DNA of 37,766 nucleotides from Eubacteriales bacterium (GTDB lineage Bacteria; Bacillota; Clostridia; Oscillospirales; CAG-382). Positions 19,701 to 28,478 of the stretch are shown here, one piece after another. Under the pieces are notes generated by a model. It searched no databases. It saw nothing but the letters and a program-made list of their open reading frames with translations, and was not told the DNA's origin. The stretch lies in NCBI GenBank assembly GCA_045653405.1, contig JAZOLW010000031.1:1-37766 (forward strand), read 5' to 3'. The position numbers and the translations under genes are program-made. Each line of letters starts with the position of its first letter. Position 1 is the first letter of the stretch.

Positions 19701-20750
19701 ATGAAAATGAGTTTCAGATGGTACGGCGACAGCGATCCCGTAACACTGCAGTACATCTCTCAGATTCCTGCAATGGACAGCATCGTTTCCGCTGTATACT
19801 CAGTTGCTCCGGGTGAAGTTTGGCCCGAAGAAGCAATCAAGGACATCAAGGACAAGGCAGCAGCAAACAACTTGAAGTTTGACGTTGTTGAAAGTGTTCC
19901 CGTTCACGAAGACATCAAGCTCGGCAAGCCCTCAAGAGACCACTACATTGAAGTATACTGCGAGAATATCCGCAGACTTGCAAAGTACGGCGTAAAGGTA
20001 ATATGCTATAACTTTATGCCTGTATTCGACTGGCTGAGAAGCAGTCTTGACTACGAAAACGAAGACGGCTCTACATCTCTTATCTACAGAGATCAGGCTG
20101 TTCTTGATATGGACCCCCGTTCAGGCGACCTTTCTCTCCCCGGATGGGACTCCAGCTATACAAAGGAAGGGCTCGGAAAGCTCCTTGAAGAATACAAGGC
20201 AATAGACGACAAAGCTCTCTGGGACAATCTTGAATACTTCCTCAAGGGAATAATCCCCACTTGTGAAGAGTGCGGAATTAAGATGGCTATACATCCCGAC
20301 GATCCGCCATGGGGCATTTTCGGTCTTCCCAGAGTAATCATTGATGAAGCAAACCTTGAAAAGTTCCTTCGTCTTGTTGACTCTCCCTGCAACGGACTTA
20401 CTCTCTGCACAGGTTCTCTCGGGGTAAACCCCAAGAACGATATTCCCGGTATGATAAGACGTTTCGGTAAGGAAGGAAGAATTCCCTTTATCCACGCAAG
20501 AAACATCAAGTGGACAGGCGAACGCGACTTTAACGAAACAGCACATAAGACAGAGTGCGGTTCTCTTGATATGTACGAAATCATCAAGGCTGCATACGAT
20601 GCAGGCTTTGACGGATATATCCGTCCCGACCACGGCAGAATGATCTGGGGTGAAAAGGGAAGACCTGGCTATGGTCTTTATGACAGAGCGTTGGGTGCTG
20701 CATACCTTAATGGTCTGTGGGAAGCAGTTGTAAGAGAAAACGAGAAATAA
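19701..20750 (+). CDS. uxuA: Mannonate dehydratase
   Basis: [25 protein letters not shown].. is the characteristic Firmicute UxuA sequence. Good RBS (AAGGAGA). Confidence 0.9.
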   Translation: MKMSFRWYGDSDPVTLQYISQIPAMDSIVSAVYSVAPGEVWPEEAIKDIKDKAAANNLKFDVVESVPVHEDIKLGKPSRDHYIEVYCENIRRLAKYGVKVICYNFMPVFDWLRSSLDYENEDGSTSLIYRDQAVLDMDPRSGDLSLPGWDSSYTKEGLGKLLEEYKAIDDKALWDNLEYFLKGIIPTCEECGIKMAIHPDDPPWGIFGLPRVIIDEANLEKFLRLVDSPCNGLTLCTGSLGVNPKNDIPGMIRRFGKEGRIPFIHARNIKWTGERDFNETAHKTECGSLDMYEIIKAAYDAGFDGYIRPDHGRMIWGEKGRPGYGLYDRALGAAYLNGLWEAVVRENEK

Positions 20751-21100
20751 TGGAACAGAAACGTTTCATTAAAAATGACAACGGATTTGTCTGTGCGAAC
20801 TGCGGTTTCGAGGTAATGCCTCTTGGTCGCACAAGCAGAAACCACTGTCCTAAATGTCTTTGCTCGCTGCACGTGGATATACTTCCCGGTGACAGAGCCT
20901 GCGATTGCGGAGGAATTTTAAGACCGCAGTCAGCTGAGCCTGACCCGAAAAAGGGGTACATTATACACCATAAGTGTTCCAAGTGCGGATTCACAGGCAG
21001 AAACAAGGCGGCGCTTCCCGACGGGAAGAACGATTTGCCTGCTGAACAGTATGATAATATGGATTTGCTCATTGCTCTTACAGTAAACAGAAACTGGTAA
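20750..21100 (+). CDS. RNHCP domain-containing zinc-ribbon protein
   Basis: [40 protein letters not shown] carries the eponymous RNHCP motif. The ATG overlaps the uxuA stop (TAATG). Confidence 0.8.
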   Translation: MEQKRFIKNDNGFVCANCGFEVMPLGRTSRNHCPKCLCSLHVDILPGDRACDCGGILRPQSAEPDPKKGYIIHHKCSKCGFTGRNKAALPDGKNDLPAEQYDNMDLLIALTVNRNW

Positions 21101-21103
21101 GTT

Positions 21104-21139
21104 AAAAAACCGTACCAACGGGAGTTGGTACGGTTTTTG
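21104..21139. terminator. Bidirectional rho-independent terminator
   Basis: 10-bp stem ACCGTACCAA (21109..21118) / TTGGTACGGT (21125..21134). It is flanked by AAAAA on the left and TTTTT on the right, between convergent genes. Confidence 0.85.
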
Positions 21140-21146
21140 TGTGTTT

Positions 21147-21908
21147 TTATAATCTCCTCAGATGAAATCCGCCGTCGGCATTGAATACCTGACCTGTAGA
21201 GAAATCAAAATTTCCGTCTGAAATGCTGTTTACAATCTTAGCAATGTCAGACGGTTCTCCCCAGCGTTTTGTGGGAGTGATTCCGCCTGCTATGAGCTTG
21301 TCGTATTTTTCTGTAACGGATGAAGTCATATCCGTCTTTATTATGCCGGGACGTATTTCAAATACAGGAATGTCATACTCGCTGAGTCTGTCTGCAAACA
21401 GTGCGGTCACCATAGATACCCCTGCCTTTGATATGCAGTATTCTCCACGGGATGTGGAGGAAACATATGCAGACATTGAGCCAACGTTTACAATTCTCGG
21501 AGAGAGTGCGGGATTTTCTTTTTTAAGCTCTACCATATAGTTTGCCACGCTTTGAGTAAGGAAAAATGTTGCCTTGAGGTTGGTTTCCATAACAAGGTCA
21601 AAACTATCCTCGGTTGTTTCGAGTATATCCATTCTCACAGGCGGTGCAATTCCCGCATTGTTTACAAGCAGGTCAATTCCGCCGAGCATCCTGATAGCAT
21701 ACATAAAGTTTTCTCTTGTTTCCTTTGCCTTTATATCGCCCCATACATATGTAAAGTCACCACCGAAAGCTTCAGCAAACTTTTGCTCGGTCTTTTCGCT
21801 GTATGATGAGGATGCCGCAACAACGTGATATCCTTTTTCGGAAAGCTGCTTTGCAATTTCAAAGCCAATTCCTCTTGATGCTCCCGTAACAAGTGCAATT
21901 TTCTTCAT
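21147..21908 (-). CDS. Short-chain dehydrogenase/reductase (SDR) family oxidoreductase
   Basis: TGASRGIG cofactor motif, NNAG, and catalytic S..YxxxK (YCISK). Lies 12 nt downstream of the OYE-like gene. Confidence 0.85.
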   Translation of the reverse strand: MKKIALVTGASRGIGFEIAKQLSEKGYHVVAASSSYSEKTEQKFAEAFGGDFTYVWGDIKAKETRENFMYAIRMLGGIDLLVNNAGIAPPVRMDILETTEDSFDLVMETNLKATFFLTQSVANYMVELKKENPALSPRIVNVGSMSAYVSSTSRGEYCISKAGVSMVTALFADRLSEYDIPVFEIRPGIIKTDMTSSVTEKYDKLIAGGITPTKRWGEPSDIAKIVNSISDGNFDFSTGQVFNADGGFHLRRL

Positions 21909-21920
21909 CTGCGTTCCTCC

Positions 21921-23255
21921 TCAGTTGTTTTCAGCCTTGTATTTCTTGTAAACGCCGTTGTAAAAGCTGCTTCTTATGATACATCCGCTTTTCTGAACAT
22001 TCTTCTTGAGATATGAGCAGCCTCCGCAGGCAACACATACCTTTTTCCTGTTGAATGTATCTGAAAGGATATCATTTGCAAGGTCGGGGTATGCAAAGGA
22101 CATTCTGCCAAAGCCGACAAAGTCAGTCATACCCTCTCTTACAAGACCTGCCGCCGCAAGATGTGACATCTCACCGAGAAGGGAAATGCCCGTGTCAACT
22201 ATTGCAAGGTCGGGATGCTGTTTCTTTATGTCATATGCCCCTCCGAGTATTCGGGAAAGCGCGTGGATTGCATTGGATTTAGGCATATCAAGTCCGCGTC
22301 TGTAGGGGCGTGATACATGAGGATTTCTGTATGGACTACCCATAGTTACATTGAGAAGTGTAACACCGTTTTCTTTGAGCATATCTATGGCTTTATTTGC
22401 TTCGGTAAGGTCATACAGCTTGCCCTTGGCCTCTCCGAAACTGTACTTTGAAAGATATCCGTCGTAAACATTAAGACGGGAAGCTCTGATTGTGCTTTGC
22501 GACAGCACTGCGTCTACTGCCTCGGCAGACTCTCTGAACAGTCTGCTTCTGTTTTCAAAGCTTCCGCCGTATCTGCCCTCTCTGTCAAAAGCAGACATAA
22601 GCTCCGAGAACAGATATCCGTGACAGCATTTAAGGTCAACCCCATCAAATCCGCAAAGTTCTGCAAGATGTGCACTTTTTGCAAACTTTTCGGGAAGAGC
22701 GGCGAGATAGTCGTCACTTGCTACTCTCGGTGTTTTGTCTTTGTCAATATCGGGATTTATGTATGCGACAATAGGGTCGGGCGTGCCGAGGGGCTTTGCA
22801 TATCTTCCCGAATGGTTCATTTGCATAATTACAACAGGAGCTTTTCCTGTTGCTTTTTCACCCTCTGTTTTTATAATCTCTGCCAATTTCTTGAATCCGT
22901 CGGCAGTATCTTCTTTCAGTTCAAGCTGGTAAGGATTGCTTTTTCCGTCTGTGCTTACCGAAACAGCTTCAACCCAGACAATACCTGCACCGCCTGCGGC
23001 AAGGTCTGCATATCTTTTGAAAGTGATGTCAGTGGGCGCACCGTTTCCGTCACCGTCCTGTCCCTCCATTGGCTGATAGCATATTCTGTTCTTAGCAACC
23101 TTTCCTCTGCCAACTTTCATTTCAGCGGAAAGGGGAGACATATCCTCTGAATAAGGAATATATGAAATGCTGTCGGTTTCATTTTCGTAATCTGTTCCTC
23201 TGAGCACACTGCCGTAAAGCTCATAGGTTTTGTTATTGATTCTTGAGTGTTCCAT
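21921..23255 (-). CDS. Old-Yellow-Enzyme-type NADH:flavin oxidoreductase with a C-terminal 4-Cys (Fe-S-like) motif
   Basis: OYE TIM-barrel-like sequence (ICYQPMEG.., MQMNHSGRY, GFDGVDLKCCHGYL). CX2CX2CX11C at residues 407-425 (nt 21981..22037). Confidence 0.7.
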   Translation of the reverse strand: MEHSRINNKTYELYGSVLRGTDYENETDSISYIPYSEDMSPLSAEMKVGRGKVAKNRICYQPMEGQDGDGNGAPTDITFKRYADLAAGGAGIVWVEAVSVSTDGKSNPYQLELKEDTADGFKKLAEIIKTEGEKATGKAPVVIMQMNHSGRYAKPLGTPDPIVAYINPDIDKDKTPRVASDDYLAALPEKFAKSAHLAELCGFDGVDLKCCHGYLFSELMSAFDREGRYGGSFENRSRLFRESAEAVDAVLSQSTIRASRLNVYDGYLSKYSFGEAKGKLYDLTEANKAIDMLKENGVTLLNVTMGSPYRNPHVSRPYRRGLDMPKSNAIHALSRILGGAYDIKKQHPDLAIVDTGISLLGEMSHLAAAGLVREGMTDFVGFGRMSFAYPDLANDILSDTFNRKKVCVACGGCSYLKKNVQKSGCIIRSSFYNGVYKKYKAENN

Positions 23256-23651
23256 AAGCGACCTTTCTCCAGTTTAGTATTATAGCTCAATTATACAACA
23301 TATTTTTCTTTTTTTCAATGACATTATAACGCCAAACCTGTTGATATTGGGTACTGTAGGCGGGATTTTTAGCAGCTTTACAGAATTTATGAACAATTTT
23401 AAGTCATAAACCGCAATAAACATGAGGGAACACTGAAAGAAGTAGCAGATCCAATATATTTTCGTATAATACAAGAAAAACAAAACAGCTTTTAGGCGAG
23501 TGTTCTTAATGACAAAAATTTTCAGCCGTTTCTTCAAGGAAAACACGGGTTGTTCTACCAGTGAATTGATAAAATGAATATAATTGCATATCAGTTTAGA
23601 TATACTATTGAAAAATGCTCAAAAGCTGGATGATATTCAATCTATTTACAC

Positions 23652-23680
23652 TTGACAACCTTATAATGCTAAGGTATAAT
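23652..23680 (+). promoter_or_regulatory. Consensus sigma-A promoter of the rnf operon
   Basis: TTGACA (23652..23657), 17-nt spacer, TATAAT (23675..23680). Both hexamers are perfect. The leader to the rnfC ATG is about 77 nt. Confidence 0.7.
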
Positions 23681-23763
23681 TTTTATGATTGGTGATTTAT
23701 GCAGAAAAAATGCGTATTTTCAATTGTATAAATCATAATTAATATAAGAAAGGTAAAATAAAT

Positions 23764-25083
23764 ATGGCTTTTTATCTTCCCGGAATACACGTTCCGCACA
23801 GAAAAAATACAGCAAAACAGCCGGCGGTAAAAATGGACACTCCCAAGTCCGTAACAATACCTATGGCAATGCATATCGGCAAGCCTGCCGTTCCCACAGT
23901 TAAGGTGGGGGATCTGGTCAAGGTTGGCACAAAAATCGGCGAAGCAGACGGAAAGGTATCGTCCTGCATTTATTCAAGTATATCAGGTAAGGTAACAAAA
24001 CTTGCAGAATATCTGCTGTCAAACGGTGCTGTTACAACCGCTGTTGTTATTGAATCCGACGGCGAAATGACTGTGGATGAAGCAGTTTGCCCGCCTGTTG
24101 TAAATACCCGAGAGGAACTCATTGAAGCAATAGAAAAAAGCGGTGTTGTAGGACTTGGCGGTGCAGGGTTCCCCACACACGTAAAGCTTGATGTTGCCCC
24201 TGAGCGTATTGAGTATCTTGTAATCAACGGAGCAGAATGTGAGCCTTACATAACAAGCGATACAGTAACTATGCTTACACGTGCAGAGGATATGAAATAT
24301 GCACTGAAAGAGCTAAGCCGCCTGCTTGGCATAAAAAATGTAGTTATCGGCATCGAAAACAATAAAAAAGAAGCAATTTCAGCAATGCGTGCTATGGCTT
24401 CAAGGGTAAGCGAATGTTCGGTAACTGTAAAGAGTCTTCCTGCGGTATATCCTCAGGGAGGTGAAAAGGTTCTTGTATATCATACTACAGGACGCAAAAT
24501 TGCGTTGGGTAAACTTCCTATTGATGTAGGATGCGTTGTTCTTAACTGCACAACTCTTGCGGCAATAGGAACATATCTGAAAACAGGTATGCCTCTTACC
24601 CAAAAGTGCGTAACTGTTGACGGCGGAGCAGTTAAAAAACCTCAGAATGTAATTGCCCCCATCGGAACAGCCCTGAAGGATTTGTTCGAGTTCTGCGGAG
24701 GACTTAAGGAAGACCCTGCAAAGATTATTTACGGCGGACCTATGATGGGTATAACCGTACCAAACACAGATTGTTCTGTTATTAAAAATACAAATGCGGT
24801 TCTTGCTCTTACAGCAAAAGAGGCAAAGCTTCCCAAAACAACAGCCTGCATCAGATGCGGTTCGTGTATCAATACCTGTCCTTTTGGACTTGCACCGGGA
24901 AATATTTCTGCAGCCTTTGAAAAAAAGGATGCGCAAGCTCTGAAAGAACTGTCGGTAGATACTTGTATGGAATGCGGCTGCTGCAGCTTTGTATGTCCTG
25001 CAAACCGTCCCTTGGTACAGGTAAATAAGCTGTCAAAGCAATTTCTCAGAGAAGAAAAGATGAAGGAGGCAAATAAATCGTGA
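23764..25083 (+). CDS. rnfC: Rnf electron-transport complex subunit C
   Basis: Motifs IPMAMHIGKPAVP and GGAGFPTHVKL..NGAECEPY. Two ferredoxin motifs: CIRCGSCINTCP and CMECGCCSFVCP. Confidence 0.93.
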   Translation: MAFYLPGIHVPHRKNTAKQPAVKMDTPKSVTIPMAMHIGKPAVPTVKVGDLVKVGTKIGEADGKVSSCIYSSISGKVTKLAEYLLSNGAVTTAVVIESDGEMTVDEAVCPPVVNTREELIEAIEKSGVVGLGGAGFPTHVKLDVAPERIEYLVINGAECEPYITSDTVTMLTRAEDMKYALKELSRLLGIKNVVIGIENNKKEAISAMRAMASRVSECSVTVKSLPAVYPQGGEKVLVYHTTGRKIALGKLPIDVGCVVLNCTTLAAIGTYLKTGMPLTQKCVTVDGGAVKKPQNVIAPIGTALKDLFEFCGGLKEDPAKIIYGGPMMGITVPNTDCSVIKNTNAVLALTAKEAKLPKTTACIRCGSCINTCPFGLAPGNISAAFEKKDAQALKELSVDTCMECGCCSFVCPANRPLVQVNKLSKQFLREEKMKEANKS

Positions 25084-26000
25084 GTACACTTACAAAAGTT
25101 ATGATTTCTCCCCATATTCACAGCGGAAAATCAACTTCCGGAATTATGAGGGATGTACTGATTTCCTTACTTCCTGCAACTGTTGCGGGAACAGTGATTT
25201 TCGGTGTAAAAGCCTTGCTTCCCGTGCTTGTCTGCGTTGCTTTCTGCGTAGGCTTTGAAGCACTCTTCAATATGATTACAAAAAGAGAACAGACAATAGG
25301 CGATTTATCGGCAGTTGTTACAGGCTTGCTGCTTGCACTTAATCTTCCTGCAAACATTCCTCTCTGGCAGTGTGCAGTAGGCTCTCTGTTCGCAATAATT
25401 GTTGTTAAATGTCTGTTCGGAGGCATAGGATGTAACCTTGTAAACCCTGCTATTACCGCGAGAGTATTTATGCTTGTTGCTTTCGGTTCGATGGCTACAG
25501 CGGCTTTCCCTGTTGATACAGTGGCTGGCGCAACACCTCTTGCATCTGAAGAAATGCCATCTCTTATGACAATGTTCCTCGGTAATTACGGCGGAAGTAT
25601 CGGTGAAACCTGCACTGCGGCATTACTGCTTGGCGGCATCTATCTGCTGGTACGCAGAGTAATTACCTGGCACCTTCCCGTAGTGTTCATCGGAACAGTG
25701 TTTGTTTTCTCACTGTTCTTCACAGGTTTTGATGCCGTTGCAGCGCTCAGCCTTACAATGGCAGGCGGTGTGTTTATTGGTGCTGTCTTTATGGCTACCG
25801 ACTATGTAACATCTCCGTCAACAGCGTGGGGAAAAGTGATATTCGGTCTTGGTGCAGGACTTATTACCTGCCTAATCCGTTATTTTGGCAACTATCCCGA
25901 GGGAGTATCTTTTGCAATTCTGTTTATGAACATACTTACTCCTTACATAGATAGCTGGACAAAGCATAAAGTTTTTGCAACGGGAGGTAAAAAACAATGA
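25080..26000 (+). CDS. rnfD: Rnf complex subunit D
   Basis: NqrB/RnfD polytopic protein with the flavinylation-site motif VDTVAGATPLAS. GTG start overlaps the rnfC stop; ATG 25101 is an alternative start. Confidence 0.9.
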   Translation: MSTLTKVMISPHIHSGKSTSGIMRDVLISLLPATVAGTVIFGVKALLPVLVCVAFCVGFEALFNMITKREQTIGDLSAVVTGLLLALNLPANIPLWQCAVGSLFAIIVVKCLFGGIGCNLVNPAITARVFMLVAFGSMATAAFPVDTVAGATPLASEEMPSLMTMFLGNYGGSIGETCTAALLLGGIYLLVRRVITWHLPVVFIGTVFVFSLFFTGFDAVAALSLTMAGGVFIGAVFMATDYVTSPSTAWGKVIFGLGAGLITCLIRYFGNYPEGVSFAILFMNILTPYIDSWTKHKVFATGGKKQ

Positions 26001-27172
26001 AAAACAGTATAAAGAACCTCTCCGTGTTTGTTTGCATCTGTACTGTGATAACGGTGCTCTTGGCAATCACAAATTCATTTACGGCTCCCATTATTCTGAA
26101 AAATCAGAATGCTGCGGCAAACAAAGCGCTTCTTGAAGTAATGCCCGAAGGCACAGGCTTTGAGGCGGTAGATTTGAGCGAATATACATTGCCCGCAACC
26201 GTTTCTGAGGTTCACAGAGAAATAGCCGGCAAGGGTTATGTTGTAAAGCTGGTTACTACCGGTTACGGAACAGGTATGACAATTATGTGCGGTGTTGACG
26301 CAAACGGCGTTGTAACAGGTGCGGTGTGTCTTGCTTCCAATGAAACTCTTAGCAAGGAAAAGACTTACGGAGAAAACTTTACAAACAAAGATGCTGCAGG
26401 GGTTGACACCGTAGATATAATAGGCGGTGCGACAAAAACAACCGCGGCATACAAGAATGCAGTAAAGGATGCACTTAACGCAGCCATTATTCTGGGCGGC
26501 GGCTCTGTTGATATCCGAACAGAAGAAGAAATTCTTGCAGATAATCTTGCAGCAGCACTTCCTTCAGGCGAGGATGCGTTTACAAAGCAGTTCCTTACAG
26601 AGTATGTTGAAGGTGTAACCGGTGTTTATGCTGCCGATAACGGAACGGGTTATGTTTTTGTGGTTGACGAGCAGTTTATCGGCGTACTCGCAGACGGAAC
26701 TGTGGTGACAGAGGGTGCTGAAAATGCACAAGCTCTTTCTGAAGCTGTTGCAAAGATTAAGACAACAACATTTGAAGAAATTGACCTTTCAGCATATCCC
26801 GACCTTGCAAAAACCGTTGTTTCAGCTAAAAAGACATCTTCAGGAAACTTTGTTGTTGAAACAAAGGGTGCAGGCTATGGGAAAAAGGGCGGTAATGAGT
26901 ATCACCCTGCATCAGGTGAATATATTATTGTCAAAGTGGCAATGACACCCGATGGAAAAATTATTGATTGCATCACAGTTTCCGAAGCAGAAACAGACGG
27001 ACTTGGCGATGCGTGTGCAGATGAAAGCTTCTACGGCCAGTTTGTCGGTAAGTCAGAAGAAAACTATACGGATATTGATGCTATCGGCGGTGCAACAATG
27101 ACAACCGACGGTTATAAGCAGGCAATTGGGCGTGCATTTGATGCTGTAAAAACTTTTAACGGAGGAGAATGA
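25997..27172 (+). CDS. rnfG: Rnf complex subunit G, unusually long with two FMN-binding domains
   Basis: N-terminal TM anchor followed by two FMN_bind-like modules ending DIIGGATKTTAAYKNAVKDAL and DAIGGATMTTDGYKQAIGRAF. ATGA overlaps on both sides. Confidence 0.85.
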   Translation: MKNSIKNLSVFVCICTVITVLLAITNSFTAPIILKNQNAAANKALLEVMPEGTGFEAVDLSEYTLPATVSEVHREIAGKGYVVKLVTTGYGTGMTIMCGVDANGVVTGAVCLASNETLSKEKTYGENFTNKDAAGVDTVDIIGGATKTTAAYKNAVKDALNAAIILGGGSVDIRTEEEILADNLAAALPSGEDAFTKQFLTEYVEGVTGVYAADNGTGYVFVVDEQFIGVLADGTVVTEGAENAQALSEAVAKIKTTTFEEIDLSAYPDLAKTVVSAKKTSSGNFVVETKGAGYGKKGGNEYHPASGEYIIVKVAMTPDGKIIDCITVSEAETDGLGDACADESFYGQFVGKSEENYTDIDAIGGATMTTDGYKQAIGRAFDAVKTFNGGE

Positions 27173-27864
27173 TAATGGAAAAGAATAAATCTCTTTCCGT
27201 ACTAACAAACGGAATTATAAAAGAAAACCCGGTTCTTGTGCTGATTCTCGGAACTTGTCCCACCCTTGCAACAACAACTACGGTTACAGGTGCTCTCGGT
27301 ATGGGACTTGCGGCACTTGTGGTTTTACTTTGCTCAAACATTTTTATTTCGCTTCTTCGTAAAATTATTCCCGAAACAATGCGTATTCCTTGCTACATAG
27401 TAATTATTGCAGGATTTGTTACCATTGTAAAAATGATGGTTCAGGCGCTTTTCCCGGGACTTTATGAAACTCTTGGTGTATATCTTGACCTGATAACGGT
27501 AAACTGTATCATTCTCGGCCGTGCTGAAATGTTCGCAGGCAAGAATGCTGTTGTCGCTTCTGCTCTCGACGGCATAGGTATGGGTCTTGGCTTTACACTT
27601 GCTCTCGGAGCTATGTCTACAATCCGAGAAGTGCTGGGCTCAGGTTCATTTGCAGGCATTGCAATTCCCTTTATGGAAGAATATAAGATTGAATTTATGA
27701 CAAAAGCACCCGGCGGACTGCTTGTTTACGGATTGCTTATTGCGGCGGTTTACGCACTTACAAAGGGAAGATTTCCTAAAAAGAAATCATTTTCCTGCAG
27801 CGGATGTGTCCATGCGGGTATGTGCAGTGCCGCAAGCTGTGCAGGTAAGGAGGCTGAAAAGTAA
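27169..27864 (+). CDS. rnfE: Rnf complex subunit E (with a Cys-rich C-terminal tail)
   Basis: GIIKENPVLVLILGTCPTLA and ITVNCIILGRAE, the conserved NqrD/RnfE Cys motifs. The tail reads FSCSGCVHAGMCSAASC. Confidence 0.9.
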   Translation: MIMEKNKSLSVLTNGIIKENPVLVLILGTCPTLATTTTVTGALGMGLAALVVLLCSNIFISLLRKIIPETMRIPCYIVIIAGFVTIVKMMVQALFPGLYETLGVYLDLITVNCIILGRAEMFAGKNAVVASALDGIGMGLGFTLALGAMSTIREVLGSGSFAGIAIPFMEEYKIEFMTKAPGGLLVYGLLIAAVYALTKGRFPKKKSFSCSGCVHAGMCSAASCAGKEAEK

Positions 27865-28463
27865 TGGAAAACTTCAAAATTCTTATTGTTATTCTGCTTT
27901 CCTCAGTGTTTGTGGATAACTATGTACTCAGCCGTTTTCTCGGAATCTGTCCTTTCCTTGGTGTTTCAAAGAAACTGGATCAGGCATCCGGTATGGGTGT
28001 AGCCGTTACCATTGTTATGTTGCTTGCAACTGCGGCAACCTGGCCGATTCAGTATCTTGTACTTGATTCACTTGGGCTTGGATATCTGCAGAATATCGTT
28101 TTTATCCTTATCATCGCCACACTGGTGCAGATTCTGGAAATGGTTCTTAAAAAGATTTCACCTGCACTGTATAAGGGACTTGGCGTTTATCTGCCCCTTA
28201 TAACAACAAACTGTGCTGTTCTTGGTGTTACAATCAACAACATCAATGACAAGTATACTTTTGTGGAATCTATGGTAAGCTCCCTTGGCTGCGGTCTTGG
28301 CTTTTTACTTGCGATGGTTCTGTTCTCAGGACTTCGCTCCCGTATAAATGAAACCAATATTCCCGCGCCTTTCCGGGGACTTGCAGTTACACTTATTGCC
28401 GCATCATTTGTTTCCCTTGCATTTATGGGATTTGGTGGCATAGTACAAAACATTTTTGGTTAA
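27864..28463 (+). CDS. rnfA: Rnf complex subunit A
   Basis: NYVLSRFLGICPFLGVS and LITTNCAVLGV (NqrE/RnfA signature). TAATG overlap with rnfE. Confidence 0.92.
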   Translation: MENFKILIVILLSSVFVDNYVLSRFLGICPFLGVSKKLDQASGMGVAVTIVMLLATAATWPIQYLVLDSLGLGYLQNIVFILIIATLVQILEMVLKKISPALYKGLGVYLPLITTNCAVLGVTINNINDKYTFVESMVSSLGCGLGFLLAMVLFSGLRSRINETNIPAPFRGLAVTLIAASFVSLAFMGFGGIVQNIFG

Positions 28464-28478
28464 TATGAGGTGCTGATT

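Noticed and set aside
23280-23546. 88-aa minus-strand ORF in the long spacer upstream of rnfC.
   Set aside because: It is an AT-rich region with no SD, and the peptide is I/F/K/L-rich, as expected from random AT-rich DNA. It is also oriented towards the OYE gene start with no room for its own signals.
27911-27919. Perfect DnaA box TGTGGATAA, plus an 8/9 match TTATCCACG at 20488..20496.
   Set aside because: Both are single, isolated occurrences inside coding sequence (rnfA and uxuA). They are not clustered and have no adjacent AT-rich unwinding element. Chance occurrence is expected in 38 kb.
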